IMG/VR virus record: IMGVR_UViG_3300050023_000090
Coordinates: 1 to 51,637 of that record
Length of the DNA: 51,637 bases
Origin: a virus
Taxonomy: Duplodnaviria; Caudoviricetes
Reading direction: 5' to 3' (one strand)
Part shown: positions 16,596 through 25,956 of the stretch, piece by piece
Numbering within the stretch: position 1 is the first letter of the stretch
Layout of the letters: every line of letters begins with the position of its first letter
Notes under the pieces: model-generated
Seen by the model: the letters and a program-made list of their open reading frames with translations, nothing else
Database searches by the model: none
Told to the model about the DNA's origin: nothing
Program-made: the position numbers and the translations under genes

Positions 16596-18371
16596 CTACT
16601 TGTTCACTTCCGCATCGAAGGCGGCACCGGCACTCGTCATTGTCGGTTTCGTGTCAGCCACCCCTGTCTGTGTCTCGACGATGTTCCCCGCTGCGAGCCC
16701 TCTCTTGATAAAGAGGAACCAGGACGGTTCCCACTTCGAGGAGGATTCGAGAAGTTTCTGCATGGCCTTCGCTTGCGGAGTGTTCATTGCGCCCACCGAA
16801 TTTGCCGCGGCAAGCATCATGGTCGCGTACTGCTTTTTTTTCTGGTCCTTTACCTTGAGAGCGGTGTCCATCTCTCCTGGTTTGTTTGCGGCTTTCGCTT
16901 TTTCCGCCTCATCTCCTGCCTTCATGTACTCGTCCTGTACCTTCATGACTTGGGAGGCCACCTCCGGCAAGACGACCGTTCCCGACTCCAGCATCTTCAT
17001 GAGGACCGTGGCCTGCATCAACTTGTACTGGTCGAGCTGACCTTCAATGCCCGCCTTCCTGAAGTTGAGTTCCGCCGTCTTCAAGGTGAGTTGCTTGATT
17101 CCAAGGTCGAGAAGTTTGTTTGCGATGTCCAACTTTGAACCCATCCCCGCCCCCGAAGAGCGAAGATTGCTCTCATAAACTGCGGGTGCATTCTGAATGA
17201 GAGCCATCGCCTGAATCGTACCAGGGTCATTCAGCATCGCTTCTGACCTGTCTACAAGCAACTTGATCCCCTCAGGATTTGACTGCATCTGGGCGGCAAG
17301 GTCGAGGGTCATCGCCTTCTCGAACTTTCTCTTCTTCAGCGCAACCTGTCCCGCGCCCTGGCTCTGCATGACGGATGAAAGGAGGTCGTCCATCGTCGAG
17401 GTGACTTCAGGGCTTGCAGGTTTCGCCGCAGGAGTTGGCTTCGTCGTATAGGGAGGCTTCGACGTGACAGGCCGTGTCAGGTAGTCGATTCCTGCCTGCT
17501 TTGCCTCGGGAGTAGGAGCCGCTTCAGGAGGGATTCCAGTTCCCTCGCTGGGGAGGTCTTTTGTCGCCGCAAACGAAGCCGGTCCCGCGTCTGCGATGAA
17601 CTGCTTCAACGGAGAGTTTCCCGAGAGGGCATCCTTTGCAAGAGCCTGTACCTCTGGATCGTTCTTGTATTTGGCACTTCCCGCAAGAGCAAGGGCCTGC
17701 GTAATGGGGAATGGATTATTTTTGGGGAACTCGCCATAGCGGACCTGGTATGCAGTATTCTCCCCCACGAGTCCGCGAACCTCATTCTTATACTGGCCCA
17801 AGAGATTCAGATTGGGGGTGCCCGTCTTGGGTGTCTCCACCTTCGTCACGACAGGAGTTGCAGGAGGAGAAGGAGTTGGAGGATTTTGCGCCGCCGCTTC
17901 AGTCGTTCCTGTCTCAGGAGGAGTCATCGCCGCGGTAGCCTTCTGGAAGTAAGAGGTCGCCTCTTCAGCGGCCTGTGTACCAGTCACCTCTCCCATCCCG
18001 AAACGGTTTATCATGGTGTGTGAAAAGTTGAAGTCCTCATCCGCGTTCAGAGGCGAATCTGCCCACGCCGTTATCATGGGCATCGCGGTCGATTCAGGGA
18101 TTCCCATTCCCTGCTCGAAAAGAAGGGACATGAGTTTGGGGAACTTCTTTGCAACCTCTTTGGGGCTTTTTGTATCGGTCGTCTTGGTGATCTCCTCGAT
18201 CATCTTCCACATATTATTCGATGTCTGAACCTTGTTCAGGCGTTCCTGATCGACCTCAAACTGTCTCTTCTGCTCCAGGAACTGCCCAAGCTGGGCAACT
18301 TGGGCGATCCCTGCCTTGAGACTTTCCATCCCCTGATTGGGGTTTCCCCCGATAACCGTGGGTCCTGCCAT
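16596..18371 (-). CDS. Internal virion / ejection protein
   Basis: 591 aa, Ala/Gln/Met-rich with a Pro/Thr linker; position in the ejection-protein block. Confidence 0.65.
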   Translation of the reverse strand: MAGPTVIGGNPNQGMESLKAGIAQVAQLGQFLEQKRQFEVDQERLNKVQTSNNMWKMIEEITKTTDTKSPKEVAKKFPKLMSLLFEQGMGIPESTAMPMITAWADSPLNADEDFNFSHTMINRFGMGEVTGTQAAEEATSYFQKATAAMTPPETGTTEAAAQNPPTPSPPATPVVTKVETPKTGTPNLNLLGQYKNEVRGLVGENTAYQVRYGEFPKNNPFPITQALALAGSAKYKNDPEVQALAKDALSGNSPLKQFIADAGPASFAATKDLPSEGTGIPPEAAPTPEAKQAGIDYLTRPVTSKPPYTTKPTPAAKPASPEVTSTMDDLLSSVMQSQGAGQVALKKRKFEKAMTLDLAAQMQSNPEGIKLLVDRSEAMLNDPGTIQAMALIQNAPAVYESNLRSSGAGMGSKLDIANKLLDLGIKQLTLKTAELNFRKAGIEGQLDQYKLMQATVLMKMLESGTVVLPEVASQVMKVQDEYMKAGDEAEKAKAANKPGEMDTALKVKDQKKKQYATMMLAAANSVGAMNTPQAKAMQKLLESSSKWEPSWFLFIKRGLAAGNIVETQTGVADTKPTMTSAGAAFDAEVNK

Positions 18372-18374
18372 TTT

Positions 18375-19217
18375 CTAACTCCACCACTTCTTGAAGAGGT
18401 CGGTTGCATTCCCTCCCCCTCCAGAGCCTTTAATCGTTCCATAATCAGAGGGAAAAGAAGAAGTCGCCGTTTCTTTCTTCTTTCCGCTATCGGACATCCC
18501 CAGCGCGGCATATCCCTGCAACCCCAAACCGAGCCCACCCATGAGCGAATCGGCAAGCCCCGGTTGCTGCTGATACACGGGCGCGGAAAGGTCGCTTCCT
18601 ATTCCCAGCATTGTCATGAGCTGCTGGGAATAGGTATTCGCCCCCTGAAGGTACGTATTGACACTCGTCTGCGTCTTGAACTGTTCCCCGCTTGAGAAGC
18701 CTGACAAGGCTCCTCCGAAAAGCTGGCTTAGAAGCGACGCCTGAAGCTGGGCCAACTCGGTTGAGGACTTCCCTGCCTCTGCTCCGATCTTCTGTCCTGC
18801 GATGCTTCCCAATGCCCCCGAGTAGAGGGAACCCATCCCCGAGAGGTTTGAGGCTGTCTCGCTGGTAGCGACATCGGCGAAATCCTTGAGGTTTGCCATA
18901 CTGGCACTTTTGAAGCTGTCAGTCGGTCCCGAGATAAGGGCTTGCATCTCGGGCTGGGCTGCCATGAAGTCTTTCCAGAACGCATTGGGATCATACGCTT
19001 TCGCCGAGGAGACTGCGTTTGAGAGAAAGGATTCCATCCCTTTATTTTTCGCGGCGTACTCCCCGTTCGCCCCGAAAAGTTGCTGCCAGATCGGGTTGTT
19101 CGCGTAATCGGTGTTGATATTTTTTGTAGAAGGCCCAAGCCCGGGGATTTGATTGAGAAGCCACGAGAGGCCCCCAATCCCAGCCCCTCCTCCAAGCATC
19201 AATGCAAGATCAGCCAC
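18375..19217 (-). CDS. Internal virion / pilot-like protein
   Basis: Gly/Ser/Ala-rich with glycine-zipper hydrophobic ends; immediately downstream of the nozzle gene. Confidence 0.65.
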   Translation of the reverse strand: MADLALMLGGGAGIGGLSWLLNQIPGLGPSTKNINTDYANNPIWQQLFGANGEYAAKNKGMESFLSNAVSSAKAYDPNAFWKDFMAAQPEMQALISGPTDSFKSASMANLKDFADVATSETASNLSGMGSLYSGALGSIAGQKIGAEAGKSSTELAQLQASLLSQLFGGALSGFSSGEQFKTQTSVNTYLQGANTYSQQLMTMLGIGSDLSAPVYQQQPGLADSLMGGLGLGLQGYAALGMSDSGKKKETATSSFPSDYGTIKGSGGGGNATDLFKKWWS

Positions 19218-19227
19218 TTTGTCCTCC

Positions 19228-21021
19228 TCAGTCCGCGGTGGAGAAGCGCAACTCGCGTCCTCCTCCCCGCATCCTCAACACGACCTCCGCCACGGTGAAA
19301 GGCGCAATCCTTGTCGAGGTCGTCAACCTGAAGCGTATCATGGAGCCCATCAATTTGAAACCCACCTCGTCCTCATCTTCGTTCACTCCGATGGTCAGGG
19401 TACCGAGATTTTTCCACGTCAACCCTCTGTTCGTCGAGCCTTCCACGGTGAAATAGGTCGCCGTCTCCAGGAGCCTGTCCACCTTGAGCGACAACGAGAA
19501 AACCCTCTTGATGTCATTGGGTGCTTGCCAGGAAAAGTCACCTGTCTCCAAAACAGATGGAATCAAAGATCCATCGTAGTCGTCAGAGGCATCGGGATCC
19601 AGGATGACAAGAGCACCGGCGCGGCCAAAGGCGATCTGCTTCTTGTACGAGGTGGCCAAATCGTCAAAAGTTCCTGTCTGCGCGTCAATCGTACCGACCG
19701 CCCCATCAATTGTGGGGGCCTGTGTCTGCATCATGACCGAAAGGCTCGTACACGGGATCTCCTGCCTGCTCCATGCCTTGCTCTTGTAATTGTAGGCCCA
19801 CAACGTCTGGATCAGGAAGGAGTTGTTCGGAATGGCAAAAAGGACACAATCGTTCTGCCAGTCTATCGCGGCGATCACGCCCTGAAGAGTCTTCAACCCC
19901 CCTGTTGCCTCTTTCCAGATGTCCTCCCCGATGTTTTGAGGGACCCCACTGGCGGCGCTGAAGTAATAGATACCGTCATCCAGCATCACGAAATGCCCAT
20001 CGTAGAAGCGAGTAACCGCCTTCATCCCGACGAGGCCGGCGCCACCCGTATCTACCTGCTCGAAGTAGACGGGAAGGGTGTCTCCTGCTATGTTGGTCGG
20101 CCGTCCTATATCGATCCTGTCCTCGTAATAGCCGAGAAGAAGTTTGCCCATCGGCACGAGACGCAGGAGTGCGCCCGGCGAATAGGGCCTGTCAACCCAT
20201 TGCACATCGGGGCTTGCAATGAAATCCTTGTGATTCGTCGTCTTGGTCCACCTGATACGCGAGCGATACGTCAGCCCACTCTCGACCGTGTAGCCTGCAA
20301 AGAGCCTGTCCATCCAGAATGTTACGGCCCTCGGCACGAAGAGAAGAGTCGCGGTCAGGGCACCAAGAGTCGCCCCGTCCCACGCCCACAACGGCCTGAT
20401 TCCGTCTGCGAAAACGATCTTTGAATCACTCAGAGTGGAATCGACAAAAAGACTCTTGTTGTAGTCGAACCCCTTATATGCCTTGTACCCCGTTCCGTTG
20501 GGATACGTCAGCGTGGGGACCGTCGCCAGGATGAGATGACTCTTCGTGACGACTTGGGAGATGAGAAGTTCCGCGGCGCTTGCGGTCCCAAACTTCAGAT
20601 CGATTGCATCGTTCACGCGGAGCCCCGCCGCGGTGAACGCTGTTGCTCCATTTCCCCTGACGTGCGCCCCACTGGTACGGATCGTTCCCGCACTCGTATA
20701 GAAGCCTTGCCTTACGAGATTGGTTCCACTCTGAAGGTAGAGGAACTTCGTATCGATGACGCCGATCTTCTGCGTCCCATCCGACTTGAAAAGCTGCACT
20801 GTATCCCGCAGAGGCGCATACGAGACGGTAGCGCCCCCCGCGAACTTGATGCTTCCGCTTCTCCGAGTAGGGCCTTTTTCCGTCACGTTGTAGTTGGACG
20901 CCAAGAAGACAGTTCCCTCGGGCAAGACAGTCGATGCCTTATTGCGTACCATTCCCTTATTGAAGTTGGGAAGCGGAACGTTGATAGGACCCTTGGGAAT
21001 GAAGGTGTCGGAGAAGGCCAT
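19228..21021 (-). CDS. Tail tubular / nozzle protein (P22 gp10 or T7 gp12-like beta-propeller)
   Basis: 597 aa, beta-rich; NYNVTEKGPTRRSGS N-terminal motif, DRLFAG, RIRWT and SVLETGDF patterns. Confidence 0.75.
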   Translation of the reverse strand: MAFSDTFIPKGPINVPLPNFNKGMVRNKASTVLPEGTVFLASNYNVTEKGPTRRSGSIKFAGGATVSYAPLRDTVQLFKSDGTQKIGVIDTKFLYLQSGTNLVRQGFYTSAGTIRTSGAHVRGNGATAFTAAGLRVNDAIDLKFGTASAAELLISQVVTKSHLILATVPTLTYPNGTGYKAYKGFDYNKSLFVDSTLSDSKIVFADGIRPLWAWDGATLGALTATLLFVPRAVTFWMDRLFAGYTVESGLTYRSRIRWTKTTNHKDFIASPDVQWVDRPYSPGALLRLVPMGKLLLGYYEDRIDIGRPTNIAGDTLPVYFEQVDTGGAGLVGMKAVTRFYDGHFVMLDDGIYYFSAASGVPQNIGEDIWKEATGGLKTLQGVIAAIDWQNDCVLFAIPNNSFLIQTLWAYNYKSKAWSRQEIPCTSLSVMMQTQAPTIDGAVGTIDAQTGTFDDLATSYKKQIAFGRAGALVILDPDASDDYDGSLIPSVLETGDFSWQAPNDIKRVFSLSLKVDRLLETATYFTVEGSTNRGLTWKNLGTLTIGVNEDEDEVGFKLMGSMIRFRLTTSTRIAPFTVAEVVLRMRGGGRELRFSTAD

Positions 21022-21228
21022 TTACGGTTTCGGTTCCTCGGGAGGCTTCCCAGCAAACTGCCCGCTTGAAATAACGTTAAAGAGGCCGTATTGCGTGGGC
21101 ACTCCCACAAACGCAATCAACCACTCATTGAAGTGACCCGCAAGGTTCCCAGTTGCGATCAAAAGAAGGAGGACTCCGATCAGGCCCACTTCAACACCCG
21201 CGGCAATCCAGAACTTTGTGTTTTTCAT
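21022..21228 (-). CDS. Holin-like membrane protein with 2 TM segments
   Basis: Two hydrophobic segments; RBS aggagg; within the lysis cluster. Confidence 0.55.
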   Translation of the reverse strand: MKNTKFWIAAGVEVGLIGVLLLLIATGNLAGHFNEWLIAFVGVPTQYGLFNVISSGQFAGKPPEEPKP

Positions 21229-21246
21229 CGAAGTCCTCCTCTTCCT

Positions 21247-21426
21247 TTAGACGTCCGGCTTGGCGACGACCACGATTCCGACTACTGACAAGACACCAAC
21301 CAGCGCGTCCAGTAGGACCGGAACCCACACCGGCGTCACTGAGAACGCCAACAGGATGAATCCCGCAATCGCGAAGACCCCTCCTGTCGCCAAGAATGCC
21401 ACGCCCTTTTTCTGCCTGTCCGTCAT
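21247..21426 (-). CDS. Holin-like 59-aa membrane protein with 2 TM segments (absent from ORF track)
   Basis: Manual translation gives MTDRQKKGVAFLATGGVFAIAGFILLAFSVTPVWVPVLLDALVGVLSVVGIVVVAKPDV; RBS aggagg upstream. Confidence 0.65.
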   Translation of the reverse strand: MTDRQKKGVAFLATGGVFAIAGFILLAFSVTPVWVPVLLDALVGVLSVVGIVVVAKPDV

Positions 21427-21427
21427 A

Positions 21428-21832
21428 TCATGTCCTCCTGAAGATGCGTTTCGAAACTGGCTTGCCGTTTACTACGGTTGCCGACTTCCCAAATGGATCA
21501 TACAACACAAGACCCGCTCCGTCTGTCACCACGAAATGCCCATGAAGAAGAGAGGGTTCCTGCCACTCATACCGGGTGATCTCATACTCGGCAGGCTGGC
21601 ACAAATAGGCGAGGTCTTCTTTCGAGAAAGTCCACCACGTCTTTGTCAGGTTGCTCAAGATAACATCCGGCTTGAAGACAAAGCAATCCGCGCCTATTGT
21701 CTTCTCGACGAGGCCCTTCAAGAAGACTTCATACAGATCGATGTACGTCTTAGTGTAGTCTTCCGCGAGATGAACAATGCAGTCCAGATAACATCCAGAA
21801 AGGCCAATCTGGTAGAAGTCTGCCTGTCTCAT
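21428..21832 (-). CDS. DUF261-like / C39-type papain-fold peptidase, candidate endolysin
   Basis: Q..IGLSGCY (catalytic Cys), GHFVV (His), YDPFG (Asp) and SATVVNGKPVSKRIF; flanked by holin-like genes. Confidence 0.65.
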   Translation of the reverse strand: MRQADFYQIGLSGCYLDCIVHLAEDYTKTYIDLYEVFLKGLVEKTIGADCFVFKPDVILSNLTKTWWTFSKEDLAYLCQPAEYEITRYEWQEPSLLHGHFVVTDGAGLVLYDPFGKSATVVNGKPVSKRIFRRT

Positions 21833-22065
21833 TTGATCCCCATGTGCTTCGCAACCAAGTCATAAATGGCGTCGAGCCGCTTCTCGATATTGAGGTATGT
21901 CGCCTCCAGGATTGATATTCTTTTCGAGTCCTCCGTTTGACGATCCGCAATCGTCTTGATGGAATCCGCCCTTACAAGAGCAGATGTGCCAAAGGCAATG
22001 CTCGCAATAGAAACGACCGCCGCTACGACAAACCCCGCGATCCAATTATTTTTGTTGTCTGCCAT
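21829..22065 (-). CDS. TM plus coiled-coil protein in the lysis cluster (XhlA-like architecture)
   Basis: N-terminal TM segment and heptad-like C-terminus (RISILEATYLNIEKRLDAI). Confidence 0.55.
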   Translation of the reverse strand: MADNKNNWIAGFVVAAVVSIASIAFGTSALVRADSIKTIADRQTEDSKRISILEATYLNIEKRLDAIYDLVAKHMGIK

Positions 22066-22362
22066 TTATGCGCCTCCTGCCTTCAAAATCTCCACCTTCC
22101 TGTCCTGCCACTTCTTTGTCTGCTTCTGCGTCTCGATGTAGTCGGCCATGATCTCCGCGTTCAATTGCATCTCGGGGTCGACAGGCTTCGCCTCTGGAGG
22201 AACGTAGGGAGTCGCCACATTCCCCGCCGCAAGCCAGTGCTGTATGCTCTGCCACATAGGGTCATCGGGAAGAACGTTGTAGGGATATGGCGGGTGAGCG
22301 GTGGTGACAACATAGCTTCCATCGGGCATCGTTTCGACAGGCTGAGTGAAGTCTACGGTCAT
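22066..22362 (-). CDS. Tail fibre assembly / chaperone-like protein
   Basis: WQSIQHWLAAGNVATPYVPP motif typical of fibre-assembly proteins; directly after fibre-like genes. Confidence 0.55.
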   Translation of the reverse strand: MTVDFTQPVETMPDGSYVVTTAHPPYPYNVLPDDPMWQSIQHWLAAGNVATPYVPPEAKPVDPEMQLNAEIMADYIETQKQTKKWQDRKVEILKAGGA

Positions 22363-22844
22363 GCGATTCTCTCAACATTTGCGCGTGTATAAAGATTGAC
22401 ACCATAGGCGGGAAGTATTTGAAGACCGCCCGCAGTAATGTTAAATGGTGTAGGCCCCCCCAACAAAAAGGTATCAAACATGGCCGCCAAATTATTAAAT
22501 ACCCAACCCTCCCACTTCCACGTACCCGGCAATGCAGTACCACCAACCCCACCGGTATTCGTAAGATAAAGTGCCGTGTTTACAGCCGAAACAAGCGTCA
22601 ATATCTGCCCCACCCCCGCCGCCGGCTGGGGAAGGGGGGCATTCTCCGATGCGAACCCGGTCACATCTCCAATGACATTACCTGTCACACTTGCTGTCAA
22701 AGTCCAAGGGCTTCTCAGCGTCAAAACAGGCGCGGATCCTGAAGGAAGTGTGAACTCGAATGCCTCAAAGGGGAACTTCCCCGTGTCCTCCGAGCCGGTG
22801 TCCTTGGTCCCTTGCCGGGTTGTCGAGATGAGGGGCTCAGCCAA
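22359..22844 (-). CDS. Tail fibre-like virion protein
   Basis: Likely TTG start at 22844 after gagg, overlapping the upstream stop; GVGQ...LPGTWKWEG...ERIA resembles fibre tips. Confidence 0.55.
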   Translation of the reverse strand: MAEPLISTTRQGTKDTGSEDTGKFPFEAFEFTLPSGSAPVLTLRSPWTLTASVTGNVIGDVTGFASENAPLPQPAAGVGQILTLVSAVNTALYLTNTGGVGGTALPGTWKWEGWVFNNLAAMFDTFLLGGPTPFNITAGGLQILPAYGVNLYTRANVERIA

Positions 22845-23583
22845 GGGCAACCTCAATCGAGAGAGAGATATCGCTTCCCGGTACCGTCGAGCCCACCTGG
22901 TCGATGTCAATCGTCAGGGTCTCGTCAGCGGCAAGAATCTTGTTCGTGGCGTGGAAAGAAGTCCTGTTGTCGGCGTTTGCAGAGGCGGCAATTGTGATCC
23001 GCGTAACGCCAGAGAAGATGGAATCCGCCCCGTTCTTGTTGATGTCAATCAAGATGGACGCGCCAGTCGGGGCGGTCTCGCAATACGCCGTGACCTTCAA
23101 GATGGTGCAGGCACGCGGGAGAACTATTCTGGGGACCACGTTTGTCCCCACCGCGAGGAGGCCCTGAATAGAGACGCGGAGAACCTCGCGCAGGAACCCT
23201 GTCCATGCACCCGTTCCGCTCCAAGAACCCGCTCCATCAAAATCTCCATCGGAGCCGCTCCATGTCCGCCCTGCCCATACATACGGAAGAAGATCGTCGT
23301 AGTCGAACCAGAACCGCCCAAGATCATCATCGTCAAGTGCGCTTGCGGAAGGATCTACTTTCGTCGTGGGGGCCGTTTTCTGGTAAAAAGCGACCGCACT
23401 TCCTTTTCGATGCCAACCATGCTTCGACTGGGTTCCTGTAAGAGCACCTCGATGCTCTCGCTCGAACCTCTCACGCTCGGCGCTCTTGTGCGTCTGGATT
23501 GCGGTATCGACCGTCGAGAGCAGGTCGGAACCCGCGGGAGCGGCCTCAAATGCCGTGTCCCAGGTAATACTTGGAGCACCCAT
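22837..23583 (-). CDS. Tail fibre / virion structural protein
   Basis: N-terminal fibre-anchor-like PAGSDLLSTVDTAIQTHK and C-terminal beta-sandwich (LTIDIDQVGSTVPGSD). Confidence 0.65.
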   Translation of the reverse strand: MGAPSITWDTAFEAAPAGSDLLSTVDTAIQTHKSAERERFEREHRGALTGTQSKHGWHRKGSAVAFYQKTAPTTKVDPSASALDDDDLGRFWFDYDDLLPYVWAGRTWSGSDGDFDGAGSWSGTGAWTGFLREVLRVSIQGLLAVGTNVVPRIVLPRACTILKVTAYCETAPTGASILIDINKNGADSIFSGVTRITIAASANADNRTSFHATNKILAADETLTIDIDQVGSTVPGSDISLSIEVALG

Positions 23584-24476
23584 TACCAGTTCTCCAGAAC
23601 CATCATCGCGTCCTCCCTATCGAGAGACATCTCTCCCGGGCTCCTCGTCGTACTCATGAAGTCAATTATATCCCTTTTCGTGCTGTAGGCCATGTCCGTC
23701 TCCTGCATCCAGTGATACCCTCTCCACAAGGCCCACATCATGATCGCCTCGTGGAACGTCTCGGGCATCTCGGGTTCGTCCGTGTCCAGCGTCAGGTCAG
23801 GCGGGATCCTGACGTACTCCATGTGATACCACAATTCCTCGTCCATGGGGCAATCGAAAATAATCTGAGCCCCGCGCCTGAAATACGAGCTGGGCCTCCC
23901 GGGGCTCGTTAAGCCATTTGCAAATGTCTCGGTCCTTTCGGCGGGGACTATTTCAGTCTCGTCTTCGAGACAGATGATTTTCTGCACCTCTTTGATCGCG
24001 CTCACACTTGAGAGGATGATGTTCTCCCCAGCTCCGACATCGGAGGCCTTGGCGAGCTTCATGAAGCGTTTGTACAAGGAGTACGCCCCCGTAGGTGCGG
24101 CAGCGAGTGTTGTTGCAAGTGTAGCCGTCCTGGAGGAGCCATCGTATGCGACGATCAACGTCAAGAGGGAAGAAGCATCGAGGACCCACCCGTTGTATTG
24201 GCCGTCGTTGGCACCCGCACTCGCATCGAGGGTAACGGTTTTTGTCGTGCCGGAGGAGATCGTTCCTGTTACAATGTGACTCTTGAAAAAGACTTCTCCC
24301 TCGGTCGCGGGAAACTGCACCCTCGAACCGTCAGGAAACTTCCAGAAGAGGATCTTCTTGTATCCGCGGTTGATCCACCCATCGAGGCGGGCCAGTCCCG
24401 CAGGCGTAGCGGGGTCGCAATTCGGAGGTTCACCCAGTTCTTCCCACACGTCAGTACGGATCTCGCTGAGGGTCAT
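23583..24476 (-). CDS. Head-tail adaptor / tail tubular protein A
   Basis: MTLSEIRTDVWEELGE...LDGWINRG start and DEPEMPETFHEAIMMWAL end are typical of podoviral adaptors; start at ATG 24476 preferred over the ORF-track start. Confidence 0.7.
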   Translation of the reverse strand: MTLSEIRTDVWEELGEPPNCDPATPAGLARLDGWINRGYKKILFWKFPDGSRVQFPATEGEVFFKSHIVTGTISSGTTKTVTLDASAGANDGQYNGWVLDASSLLTLIVAYDGSSRTATLATTLAAAPTGAYSLYKRFMKLAKASDVGAGENIILSSVSAIKEVQKIICLEDETEIVPAERTETFANGLTSPGRPSSYFRRGAQIIFDCPMDEELWYHMEYVRIPPDLTLDTDEPEMPETFHEAIMMWALWRGYHWMQETDMAYSTKRDIIDFMSTTRSPGEMSLDREDAMMVLENW

Positions 24477-24568
24477 TTGGCTGCCATCTGTATTGCTTCG
24501 AGAACAATCGCGACCGTCATGGAACCCCCTACAACTGCCGCAACAAGTCCAGCAATAATTAGAATCAT
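24473..24568 (-). CDS. 31-aa single-TM peptide (absent from ORF track)
   Basis: MILIIAGLVAAVVGGSMTVAIVLEAIQMAAK; RBS aaggag; ATGA overlaps at both ends. Confidence 0.55.
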   Translation of the reverse strand: MILIIAGLVAAVVGGSMTVAIVLEAIQMAAK

Positions 24569-25596
24569 ACAATCTCCTTCATGTTCGAGGGGGCCTCCCA
24601 CCAATAATCTGTATCATGCGCAACAATGGTAGTTGCTTCCTCAATAGAACTTTCAGGTCGTAGTGCAGATACAAACATATTACTTGAAGGAGGATGCCCC
24701 GCAAGAGATAAGGCAGTTTTTTGCGTTACTCCATCCATCTCGCAGAAAGCAGTTGGAGTTGCTCCTCCCCCAAAAGTACAGAATCTTGCGTTCGCAACTC
24801 CCTGACTGTCATCCACGAAGACTTGAGACATTGAATTGTGCACCACGTCGAAAGAAGGTCCTCCCTGAATCTGTATCGTGTGCGCAGCACGATTGAAGAA
24901 GTAGAATCCCTTATAGCCAAGGATCCCTCTTTGTATAGACTCAGTTGTTACATAACTTTCCGCCGCGAATGAAGCACCTCCCGTTGTCATCATGCAGGTA
25001 TACCATTGAACTCCACCAGCAAAAATGAGCCAGTACACGTTGGAGGTGTTCACTCCAACTCCATAAATAACCCCCGCGTATACTGACTCATTTCGCAGAG
25101 AAGTCAAAATATCAGAGCCAAGATCATATTTCAAGATATGGTTAACGCTGACTGCCCCAGTCTCTAATGCAATATAGACTGTTTGAACTCCATCAAAAGC
25201 CATCGAGACAGAATATAAATATGTTGCGGAATAGATTGTATGCACATCAGAGACAGCCCCGGTTAAGACATTTACCTTGAAAAGAATCAAAGAACCACCG
25301 GCAGAATCTGTTTTACGAAGCCCGTATAGGAACCCTCCGTAAGCAAAGAGACTGCTTCCATGCCCACTTATTTGGTAGTCTACACTTGCCAGATTAGACA
25401 GGGCATAACGTTCTCGAATGTAAATTGGAAATGCAGAAAAAGACGTATCAACAATACCGCCGAATACACCGAACCACTTCCCGGTTATTGCTTCGTAGAC
25501 ATAGGGGCCAAGAGCAACGCTTCCGGCAGGAACCCATCCCGGGCTTGCCTTATAAACGAGTCTCGTCCGCCCCCACCATTTTCCAATTGTCGCCAC
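24565..25596 (-). CDS. Beta-rich, propeller-like virion or receptor-binding protein
   Basis: 343 aa, rich in Tyr/Ser/Gly beta strands; visibly AT-richer DNA than neighbouring genes. Confidence 0.55.
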   Translation of the reverse strand: MATIGKWWGRTRLVYKASPGWVPAGSVALGPYVYEAITGKWFGVFGGIVDTSFSAFPIYIRERYALSNLASVDYQISGHGSSLFAYGGFLYGLRKTDSAGGSLILFKVNVLTGAVSDVHTIYSATYLYSVSMAFDGVQTVYIALETGAVSVNHILKYDLGSDILTSLRNESVYAGVIYGVGVNTSNVYWLIFAGGVQWYTCMMTTGGASFAAESYVTTESIQRGILGYKGFYFFNRAAHTIQIQGGPSFDVVHNSMSQVFVDDSQGVANARFCTFGGGATPTAFCEMDGVTQKTALSLAGHPPSSNMFVSALRPESSIEEATTIVAHDTDYWWEAPSNMKEIV

Positions 25597-25598
25597 GA

Positions 25599-25748
25599 TT
25601 ACGCCTTCTTCTTTTTATTCTTTGCCTTTTTCACATGCTGGGGAAGATTTTTCGCATCTATTCCTGCGTACCGAGCATCCCATTCCTTTGCAATCTTGGG
25701 ATGTTTTGCGTGCATGAACCGCATCTGGGCCTTGCTCTTGTAGGGCAT
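25599..25748 (-). CDS. 49-aa basic conserved phage protein (absent from ORF track)
   Basis: MPYKSKAQMRFMHAKHPKIAKEWD...KNLPQHVKKAKNKKKKA matches a MPF/YKSKAQ small-protein pattern common in phage morphogenesis modules. Confidence 0.7.
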   Translation of the reverse strand: MPYKSKAQMRFMHAKHPKIAKEWDARYAGIDAKNLPQHVKKAKNKKKKA

Positions 25749-25952
25749 CTATTTCTTCTTCTTCTTCCCGCTGAACTTCATCCCGATCTTAGCGAGGTTG
25801 GCCTGCTTCTTCGCTTTCCCTGATGCCTTGGGACTGGAGGCCACGTGCGCCGCATACGCCTCGGTAGACATCCCTGCCGCGTCCGCCTTCGCCTTGAACT
25901 GCCCGTGGCTATTTGCAAAGGCTTTCTTTATCCAGTTCTTTTTCTTTGCCAT
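25749..25952 (-). CDS. Small basic protein, putative virion DNA-binding or core protein
   Basis: MAKKKNWIKKAF...KKQANLAK; K/A rich; RBS-like sequence upstream. Confidence 0.65.
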   Translation of the reverse strand: MAKKKNWIKKAFANSHGQFKAKADAAGMSTEAYAAHVASSPKASGKAKKQANLAKIGMKFSGKKKKK

Positions 25953-25956
25953 CTCT

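Noticed and set aside
19153-20424. Long plus-strand ORFs (423 aa here, also 22576-23688, 28011-29168 and 33975-34889)
   Set aside because: They are antisense shadows of well-supported minus-strand structural genes in GC-rich DNA and have no recognisable motifs.
24477-24572. Cys-rich N-terminal extension of the adaptor ORF (MYDSNYCWTCCGSC...)
   Set aside because: It is better explained as an alternative frame of the 31-aa TM peptide; the adaptor motif starts at MTLSEIR.
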